A stretch of DNA of 14,595 bases, taken from the NCBI GenBank assembly GCA_002104945.1, contig MCFH01000220.1, forward strand, positions 1 to 14,595, read 5' to 3'. This document shows, one piece after another, positions 1 to 7,738 of this stretch. The DNA comes from Piromyces finnis finn (Eukaryota > Fungi > Neocallimastigomycota). The notes under the pieces were generated by a model. The model saw only the letters and a list, made by a program, of their open reading frames with translations, had not been told where the DNA came from and ran no database searches. A program made the position numbers and the translations under genes. Position 1 is the stretch's first letter; every line of letters begins with the position of its first letter.

Positions 1-135
1 AGGTCCATAAAATAAAGTTGAATCATCTTAAGTTTGATTTCACAATCATAAGGTCTATGAGGAGGTAACACTTCACAATTTTTTTCTTAAACACTTCACT
101 AAATTCTAAATATTGGGTTGGTACGGCGACCAATT
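1..135 (-). pseudogene. pol: pol fragment immediately upstream of the reverse transcriptase domain
   Basis: Manual translation with two frameshifts gives VPTQYLEFSEVF..NCEVLPPHRPYDCEIKL.DDSTLFYGP. LPPHR..D..I.L..GP is the typical Ty3/Gypsy segment preceding RT. Confidence 0.85.
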
Positions 136-429
136 TATCTTTATTAATATCTTTTCATTATTATTATTATTACTACATGATTCATTATCATTATTACATG
201 TTTCAATAATTTTCGTTACAATACATTTAACTTTTTTATTAAAACTAATATATTCATCATCGCTTCATCTTCATCATTAATGGTTCTAACAAGGCGGCCT
301 TTAACATATTCTTTTTCTTCATGTTTGGGACGGAGGGATCTACTTTCGGTTTTTTGGTTAAGCTTCGGTCGAGAACATCATGATCTAATTGATCATTCTT
401 GACTTCTTTCTTGGTTTTCTTTTCTTTTA

Positions 430-795
430 CCTTTGTTACAGTGTCTGGCACAATAACCAGAACTAAAAGCGATTTTCTTAGAGTCCTAGAAAGCATTTGG
501 ATTATGCTTCTTTATCCACGGCAAACCAAGAATAACATCAACACCGGGGACTTGTAATCCATAAAGTTGAATTACTTCGAAGTGATTTTTGCAACGGAGC
601 ACACTTCTCAGTCCTTTCCCAAACACTAACAACTCCATCACTAACACCTGAAACACGGAATGGTTCTACTTTTTCCAAATTAATACCAAGGTCTTCAGCA
701 AGACTTGGATTAATGAAATTTAATTCAGAACCGGAATCAATTAAAACCTTAATTTTAACTTCCGAAACTTCATTGGTACTCAAGTAAAAATCCAC
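430..795 (-). pseudogene. pol: Retropepsin-like aspartic protease, frameshifted and with an in-frame stop
   Basis: The ORF track shows VLIDSGSELNFI (catalytic DSG). A shifted frame gives DVILGLPWIKKHNP (516-539 encodes DVILGLPW), followed by TAG and then SKKIAFSSGYCARHC. Confidence 0.92.
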
Positions 796-899
796 AAGTT
801 TAAATCACTTTTCACTCCCTTGACTCCAACTTTGTAAATTTTTGGATTAACAATTTTTGGAGTCCTTTCTTTAACAATTCTTAACACTTTTCTGGGCTT

Positions 900-1265
900 T
901 ACTCTATTAGGACAATTAAATTTTAAATGTCCTGGTTGTTTACAAAGAAAACATAACCCTTTTTTCTTTTCTTCTTCAAAGGTCTATGTTTTCATTGTAA
1001 TTTTTACTTGATCCTTGGATATTCACATACTTTTCGCTTTTTTCTCTACTAATTCTAAATACATCCACATCCATAGGATCATTAGCCCTTCTACATTAAA
1101 ATAAAATTCACTTAAGGAATTCCTTTTCATCATATCTTCAACTAAAATAGTTGAAGAAATCAATTGTTCAATTGAAGTTGGGTTTGATTCAATGAAAGCC
1201 AACTTCTCCCTAAGTGGTGGTAATAAACCTTTCAGAAACATGTAGATTTTTGCGCTATCATTAAA
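900..1265 (-). pseudogene. gag: gag C-terminal part with CCHC zinc knuckle
   Basis: FNDSAKIYMFLKGLLPPLREKL, then in a shifted frame DPMDVD, then GLCFLCKQPGHLKFNCPNR (CX2CX4HX4C at 953-912). Frameshifts and a TGA are present. Confidence 0.93.
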
Positions 1266-1876
1266 TGTAAAGATATCAAACGCCTCTGTTTGATATCTTT
1301 AATGTAACTTAAGCCACAAGTATTATTGTTTAAGTTACACAAATTATATTCAGAAAAAGAAAATGAGACATAATTTATTTATTAATAATTAAAGTTTAAA
1401 ACAAAATAAATTATTAGTTTTTTTTAATGTTTAACAAGTAAATTAAAATTCTCAATTTAAATCCCTAGTTTTAGTATTGTTTTTTCATAGAAATAAATAA
1501 ATAATATATAAATAATAAATGATTAATATATCAATAATACATGTGCACATATTCAAATTGAATAGTACTTAATTTGAATTGCCAATTGTATTTTACTAAA
1601 AATAGTTATAGTTTAAATATTTATTAATAATTAAGATTTTAGTGTAGATTTTAAATAATACTATATTTTAAATAAATAGTTATAATAATATAAATGTATT
1701 AGGAAAAATATAAATAAAGATATTTTTCATCATTTTATCGATGTAATTGTTATTATTAAAATTCTATTATAATAAAAGATATTTATAAAACAATTTTTTA
1801 TTTTATTTTTTCAAATTTTTGTGTTATTGTAATAGAATAGATATCCTAATCTATTCTTTCAGTGTTCAACATTACA
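1266..1876 (+). mobile_element. Solo LTR (copy A, 611 bp) inserted antisense into gag
   Basis: Termini TGTAA..TTACA; 5-bp TSD TTAAA at 1261-1265 and 1877-1881. Removing it restores the gag frame ...QNSSFN-DSAKIYMFLKG. Roughly 90% identical by eye to the reverse complement of 2709-3324. Confidence 0.95.
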
Positions 1877-2324
1877 TTAAAGCTTGAATTTTGGCTAATA
1901 CGTTGAAACTCGGTAATGTAATCTAATACCTGACCAAGTTTCCTTTGGCGAATATTATCTAATTTACCGTTAGCTACAACGGTATCGTATCTATAACTGC
2001 CAAGTTAGCCTTCAACCTATCTACAAATTCATCATAATGGTTTAAAACCTCACTATTATTCTTCATCAACACTGAAGCCCATTCCAACGGTTTACCAGAG
2101 AAGTATGATATAACAAAGTCGACCTTGACTCGATCTGTATTATACAGTGTCGGTCGAGTACGAAATACCAACTCAACTCTGGTTAAAAATCCATCCAATT
2201 CTCTTTGTTTACCAGAAAATACAGGTGGAGCATTAATAATGTTCCCCGAGTTCCCAGAAACACCTACAGTCCCATCACCCATCTCCAAATTCAAACTTTT
2301 AAACTCACTAATTAAGTCCTCCAA
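1877..2324 (-). pseudogene. gag: gag N-terminal/capsid part (retrotransposon gag, DUF4939-like pattern)
   Basis: APPVFSGKQRELDGFLTRVELVF...DRVKVDFVISYFSGKPLEWA. One frameshift near 2002 continues into YDTVVANGKLDNIRQRKLGQVLDYITEFQRISQNSSFN. The track's first codon is TTG, so the true start is uncertain. Confidence 0.9.
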
Positions 2325-2398
2325 TTCAAAATATAATATACAATATAAAATTAAAAATGGTTTCTTACTACTGTTTCAAGTAAGTAATCTTAAAAAAA

Positions 2399-2423
2399 TT
2401 TTTTTTTTTTTTTTTTTTTTTTT
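2399..2423 (+). repeat. T25 homopolymer in the element leader
   Basis: Direct count; preceded by A7. Confidence 0.9.
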
Positions 2424-2528
2424 AATTACACTAGTACAATATATTCTAATACAAAAGTTATTCAAACGCGTTCTGCAAAGCAGTGTCGAACAAGTTTTGT
2501 ATTACTAATTCCTGTAAGATTTTAATAG

Positions 2529-2668
2529 TTTTCTTTCTTCAATTTCTTGTCCTTCGGCGGTAGAATCCAACCAAGTAGCTTTTTCTTTCTTCAATATCTT
2601 GTCCTTCGGCGGTAGAATCCAACCAAGTAGCTTTTTCTTTCTTCAATTTCTTGTCCTTCGGCGGTAGA
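2529..2668. repeat. 52-bp tandem repeat, about 2.7 copies, in the retroelement 5' leader
   Basis: Unit ttttctttcttcaat(t/a)tcttgtccttcggcggtagaatccaaccaagtagct starts at 2529, 2581 and 2633. Confidence 0.97.
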
Positions 2669-2697
2669 TACCCTAACGTATTCTTGGATTTCGTTAG

Positions 2698-2708
2698 GTA
2701 ATTGTTAT
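2698..2708 (-). promoter_or_regulatory. Putative self-priming primer-binding site (ATAACAATTAC on the minus strand)
   Basis: Abuts the CA end of the 5' LTR, lacks TGG, and is the exact reverse complement of LTR positions 2833-2843. Confidence 0.75.
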
Positions 2709-3324
2709 TGTAAAGTCGACACAAAAGAATAGATTAGGATATCTATTCTATTACAATAACACTAAAATTTTAAAATAAAATAAAAAAAATTGTTTTTTAA
2801 AAATATCTTTTATTATAATAGAATTTTTAATAATAACAATTACATTGATAAAATGATGAAAAATATCTTCTATTTATATTTTTCCTAAATACATTTATAT
2901 TATTATAACTATTTATTTAAAATATAGTATTATTTAAAACCTATGCTAAAATCTTAATTATTAATAAATATTTAAACTATAACTATTTTTAGTAAAATAC
3001 AATTGGCAATTCAAATTAAGTACCATATAATTTGAATATGTGCCCATGTATTATTGATATATTAATCATTTAATAATTATATACTAGATGTCTATTTCTA
3101 TTAAAAAACAATACTAAAACTAGGGGTTTGAATTGAGAATTTTAATTTATTTGTTAAACATTAAGAATAAACTAATAATTTATTTTGTTTTAAACTTTAA
3201 TTATTAATAAATAAATTATGTCCCATTTTCTTTTTCTGTAATATAATTCGTGTAACTTAAACAATGATATTTATGGCTTAAGTTACATTAAAGATATCAA
3301 TCTGTGGCGTTTGATATCTTTACA
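2709..3324 (-). repeat. 5' LTR of the Gypsy element (copy B, 616 bp)
   Basis: TGTAA..TTACA termini, full-length homology to copy A, no flanking TSD (gttat versus cactt), and position directly upstream of leader and gag in the same sense. Confidence 0.88.
2871..2878 (-). promoter_or_regulatory. Candidate LTR TATA box (TATAAATA)
   Basis: Starts 35 nt upstream of the predicted transcript start at 2843. Present in copies A (1709-1716) and C, and at identical spacing in relic D (5323-5330). Confidence 0.6.
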
Positions 3325-3753
3325 CACTTTAATTTCTTAGTCTTAGTATTGTTTTCTGATAGAAATAGATAAATAGTATATAAATAATAAATGATTAATA
3401 TATAAATAATACATGGGCACATATTCAAATTGAATAGTACTTAATTTGAATTGCCTATTTAATTTTACTAAAATAGTAATAGTTTAAATATTTTATTAAT
3501 AGTTAAGATTTTAGCATAGGTTTTAAATAATACTATATTTTAAATAAATAGTTATAATAATATAAATGTATTTAGGAAAAATATAAATAGAAGATATTTT
3601 TCATCATTTTATCAATGTAATTGTTATTATTAAAAATTCTATTATAATAAAAGATATTTTTAAAAAACAATTTTTTTTATTTTATTTTAAAATTTTAGTG
3701 TTATTGTAATAGAATAGATATCCTAATCTATTCTTTTAGTATTCAACATTACA
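3325..3753 (+). repeat. 5'-truncated LTR (copy C) of the same family
   Basis: Aligns to copy A from about 1453 to its ..CAACATTACA end; the first ~187 nt are missing; begins exactly at the terminus of copy B. Confidence 0.92.
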
Positions 3754-3938
3754 TATTATAAGAACAATCATAATAAATAACCTTTATTAAAAAGAATATT
3801 AAAAAATATATATATATTTTAAATAAAATATCATTAAAGCTGTGTTGTTTATTATATTTCCTTATAATAAACTCTTTTTAAGATAAGTATAAATTTTTAT
3901 TTTAATTTCACAGTTTAATAATATTAATTATTATTACA
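3754..3938 (-). repeat. Fragment of a different repeat family (family 3), cut by LTR copy C
   Basis: Its reverse complement begins TGTAATAAT and aligns to ~9105-9347 (e.g. gagtttattataaggaaatataataaacaacaca versus gagtttattataagaaattataataacaaacaca). Confidence 0.7.
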
Positions 3939-3941
3939 TTC

Positions 3942-4742
3942 TGATAAATAATGAAATTAATAAATATAAAATTATTATTATACTTGATTTTTAAGTTAAC
4001 CCTAAAAGTAACTTAAAATAAGTTATAGTTTAATTAATTACTTTTACCAAAATCCTAAAATGAAATTAATCCTTAACACTGCATATATTTTGATTATTGA
4101 AAGAAAAATAATAAACTTTAATTAATCGAGATCAAAATATATAACTTTTGTTAAATTAATTGTTAAATTAAATAGTTAATAACTTCTTTTGTAAATTACA
4201 CTTTAAAAGTAAACAAATATAATAATTAATGTTATAAAATAATATAATTAAACACTTTTATTAAAATATTAAAAATAACTATTACTTTAATTGTAAAATA
4301 AACAACTTTTTATATTCTTTAACTTTTAATTATTTCTTTTATTGTTATTTCTAATTACTTTTATTACTTTTATTGTAAATAGTTATTAATTTTATTATTT
4401 AATGTAAATAGTTTAATTTTAAAGAAAATAAATATATGTAAATATTCTCATTTTAATCATTATTATTATTAATAAAGAAATATATAATTTAGTTAATATT
4501 TTTATAATTTTAATAATCAATTTTATAATAAATAAATAAAAATTTTAAATATTTAAATATTAGAAAAACAAGTATTTCTAATAAAAACAATTTAGTGTTG
4601 TAAATAAAACAATTTTATTAATTTTTATAAAAACACTTTCAAATTCTAATCCATATAACTTATACAGTTACAATCAAAGATATAATAATAATCACTTTTT
4701 GAAGTAAAATTCAAAAATTAAGATTATTATCAAATTATATCA
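3942..4742 (+). repeat. Left arm of an ~800-bp inverted repeat (family 2), termini TGATA..TATCA
   Basis: Collinear reverse-complement match to 6971-7738 over the whole length, roughly 85-90% by eye; homology stops at TG and CA at both ends. Confidence 0.9.
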
Positions 4743-4789
4743 GATATATGTAAGAAGTTACTTAAATAAAATATAAATAACTTCTAAAA

Positions 4790-5065
4790 TTTGTCATGAA
4801 TATTAGTGGATTCATGATAATTTATTTAAATAATGTTTTATTCATTTAATTAATAAGAAATATTTTATAAAAACATTATTTAATAATAACTTTAGAGATA
4901 TTATTAATTATAATTATAATGATTTTATTTATTAAAGTTTAAATTATATCTCTTCATTTATTTTGATGTGGAAGGAAATTAAAATAAATGAAATAGTCAT
5001 TCCTCCCTCAAATGATTAAAATGACTTAATCAAGTAATAAAGAAAAGTCATAAGCTTAAAGTCAT
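4790..5065 (+). repeat. Diverged inner inverted-repeat arm, partner ~5915-6125
   Basis: Anchors: tcatgaatattagtggattcatgata (~4795-4820) versus the reverse complement of 6085-6115; attaaagttt versus aaactttaat; aaagtcataa versus ttatgacttt. Confidence 0.55.
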
Positions 5066-5137
5066 TATATAAATATTTAATATATTTTAAATTAATAGAA
5101 TAGATAATTAAATTAAAATCTAAATCATGTATTTTAT

Positions 5138-5560
5138 TGTAAAAGTTTTATAAAATTTAAAATAGATTTAAAATTTTTACAATAAAACAATAAACCAAAA
5201 TAAATAAAAAAGAAACAAGAAAATAAATTATATTTAAAATATCTTTTTATTAATTTTATTTAGTTATTAACTAAATAATAGTCAATAACAATTACATTGT
5301 TTTAATCAAGAAATTTTACATGTATTTATATTTTTTGTAAATTATATTTTAATATACTATTCTATTTAATTATACAATATTCAATTAAATAAACATAACT
5401 AATTTAATACTATTAATTATATAATAAAATAATAAAACTAAACTAATTAAATACACTTTGATTCAATTTGAGCAAACTACAAATTAAATACAGTCCATGT
5501 ATTACCTATATTTATTATATATTTGCTATTAAAATGCTAATTTAAAACTACGCTAAGTTA
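5138..5560 (-). repeat. Old, highly diverged relic of the family-1 LTR (copy D)
   Basis: Shares aataacaattacattg (5284-5299 = 2832-2847), tatttatattttt after the same 23-nt gap, ccatgtatta at about the same offset, and ctattaaaa..aaaacta.g. Boundaries are approximate. Confidence 0.7.
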
Positions 5561-6282
5561 TTAAACTAATTTTAATTAAATAAAAACTTTTTAAGATTTA
5601 ATTTGATATTTAAAATATTAAATTTAATTATCCATTAATTTAAATATTTATCCAATTTTCATTTCTAACTTTGATATTTTAAAATTAATCTTATTTAATT
5701 ATTCCGTAAAATTATATAATAAATTTATAAATAATTTTCATTAAATATCAAAATTATATTTAATAATTATTAATTATTAAATAATTTAAAGATATATTTT
5801 ATATTTTACATTTATAACTAATGTAACTTTATTAAATAGATTAATGATTTATTAATTGATTTAAAAAATATAAAAACTCGAGAATAATTTGATAATTAAC
5901 TTTGGAGAAATCATTAAGTTTTATGACTTTACTTAATGATATAATATAATTGATTAATACATGTAGTAATAAATTTATTAATAAATAAACTTTAATAATA
6001 AATATTTTTGTATTAATTTAATAAGTAGGGTTAGGGCATTCTGACCTAACTTACTTCAATTCAACCTTAACTCCTTAACAAATAAATAATCATGAATCCA
6101 CTGATATCATGATTATTTATTAAGGGTTAAGGTCATATCTTAACCTTTCTAATTTTTTAAATACTTCTTTAATTTATAATTTATTTTGGAAATAAAATAT
6201 TGTTGATTTTAAAATTTTATAAGTGATTTCACATTTCAAGTGATCTTGAAATATAGATTTCACTTGTATTCGTGAAATAAAC

Positions 6283-6330
6283 TAGTGTGCTTACCACACT
6301 TTTCTTTAATAAAATAATCGCTTTTGACAA
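6283..6330. repeat. 48-bp dispersed repeat with small hairpin, copy 1
   Basis: tagtgtgcttaccacacttttctttaataaaa..atcgctttt.gacaa recurs at 8768-8815. Confidence 0.9.
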
Positions 6331-6964
6331 TGGTACAGAATTTATTATAAGTACCTTTTATTTATTATTTAGGACACTACAACAGTTATAAATAACAAAT
6401 TTATATTCTAGATGAATATTATTATTATATTATTATATTTTATTATTATTTTATTATTTTATTTATTATTTTATTATTTTATTACAAGTTTTATTATTCA
6501 TAAGTATTATTTATTATTATTTATATTATTATTTGTTAGTAAAAAAAAAATAGGAATAATCTTAGAAAATAAACTAATATTATTATTAATTCCTTCACTA
6601 AATCTAATAATATATTATTTATTCTTCTATTATTATCACTTTATCTTTATTTTATTTATAATATAACTAATATAAACTAACTATAACTAACTAATTAACT
6701 AAAACTAACTAACTATTAATAAGAACGCGTCTTCTCCTTTCTTTAAATAATTATATTTTTCGTCATTATATAAATTATAAAAAGTTTATTATACTTTATT
6801 GAATTATTTATAAGTTATTAATTTAATTTAATTTACCATTCTTATTATTACTATCGATATATCAATTTATTAATTAAAAATATTTATATATATATATATT
6901 TTATAAGGTTATTTCATTTGTCAAATATATGGATTTATTACATTTTTCTGAATGTATTGTACCA
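6331..6964 (+). repeat. ~630-bp diverged direct repeat ('core'), copy 1
   Basis: Seven collinear anchors to 9865-10464 at an offset of about 3500, the best being 6584-6650 versus 10097-10160; bounded by TGGTAC and GTACCA. Confidence 0.65.
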
Positions 6965-6970
6965 ACAACT

Positions 6971-7738
6971 TGATATAATTTGATAATAATCTTAATTTTG
7001 AATTTTACTTCAAAAAGTGATTATTTATTATATTTTTGATTATAACTATATAAGTTATATGGATTAGAATTTGAAAGTGTTTTTATAAAAATTGATAAAA
7101 TTGTTTTATTAGAAACTCGTTTTTCTAATATTTAATTATTTAAAAGTTTATTTATTTAATTATAAAAGGGATTATTAAAATTATAAAATATAACTAAATT
7201 ATATATATTTCTTTATTAATAATAATAATAATGATTAAAATGAGAATATTTACATATATTTGTATTTTCTTTTAAATTAACTATTTACATTAAAATAATA
7301 AAATTAATAACTATTTACAATAAAGTAATAAAGTAATTAGAAATAACAATAAAAGAAATAATTAAAAGTTAAAGAATATAAAAAGTTGTTTATTTTACAA
7401 TTAATTAAAGTAATATATTTTAATGTTTTAATAAAGATGTTTAATTATATTATTATAACATGAATTATTATATTTGTTTACTTTTAAAGTGTAATTTACA
7501 AAAGAAGTTATTAACTATTTAATTTAACAATTAATTTAACAAAAGTTATATTTTGATCTTGATTAATTAAAGTTTATTATTTTCTTTCAATAATCAAAAT
7601 ATATGCAGTGTTAAGGATTAATTTATTTAAGAATTTCGGTAAAGTACTTAATTAACTATAATCTTTTAAGTTACTTTAGGGTTAACTTAAAAATCAGGTT
7701 TAATAATAATTTTATATTATTAATTTCATTATTTATCA
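6971..7738 (-). repeat. Right arm of the ~800-bp inverted repeat (family 2)
   Basis: Reverse complement of 3942-4742; starts tgatataatttg and ends atttatca. Confidence 0.9.

Larger units (their letters stand above)
1..3324 (-). mobile_element. Decayed Ty3/Gypsy (Tf1/sushi-like) LTR retrotransposon, 5' portion; continues beyond the left edge
   Basis: Order on the minus strand is TG..CA LTR (3324-2709), leader, gag (capsid-like region, PMDVD motif, CCHC), DSG protease, then LPPHRPYDCEIKL pre-RT motif. Protease upstream of RT with these motifs fits Gypsy. Confidence 0.93.

Noticed and set aside
257-496. 79-aa minus-strand ORF
   Set aside because: It lies in the decayed protease-RT linker. Its first part is out of frame with the recognisable SKKIAFSSGYCARHC continuation, so it is not an independent gene.
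1262-1301. Terminal hairpin read as a Helitron end or MITE TIR
   Set aside because: TG..CA termini, a 5-bp TSD and the position of copy B upstream of gag fit an LTR better.
2125-2508. 127-aa plus-strand ORF
   Set aside because: Antisense shadow of gag that runs through the T25 tract (poly-Phe); no independent protein signal.
2513-2520. tgtaagat as an alternative LTR boundary
   Set aside because: No second copy in the window and no PBS-like sequence next to it; the 2709 boundary is supported by full-length homology to copy A.
2539-2724. 61-aa minus-strand ORF
   Set aside because: Crosses the LTR end, PBS and 52-bp repeats; a unit length not divisible by 3 argues against coding.
6024-6036. 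gggttaggg as an interstitial telomere
   Set aside because: Only about 1.5 units; insufficient.
6412-6666. 84-aa hydrophobic ORF
   Set aside because: Product of TTA/ATT low-complexity DNA; composition is almost only I, L, F and Y.
6960-6970. Self-priming site for family 2 (aacaact versus agttgtt at 7384-7390)
   Set aside because: Only 7 nt match and there is no TATA at the expected spacing; compatible with chance.
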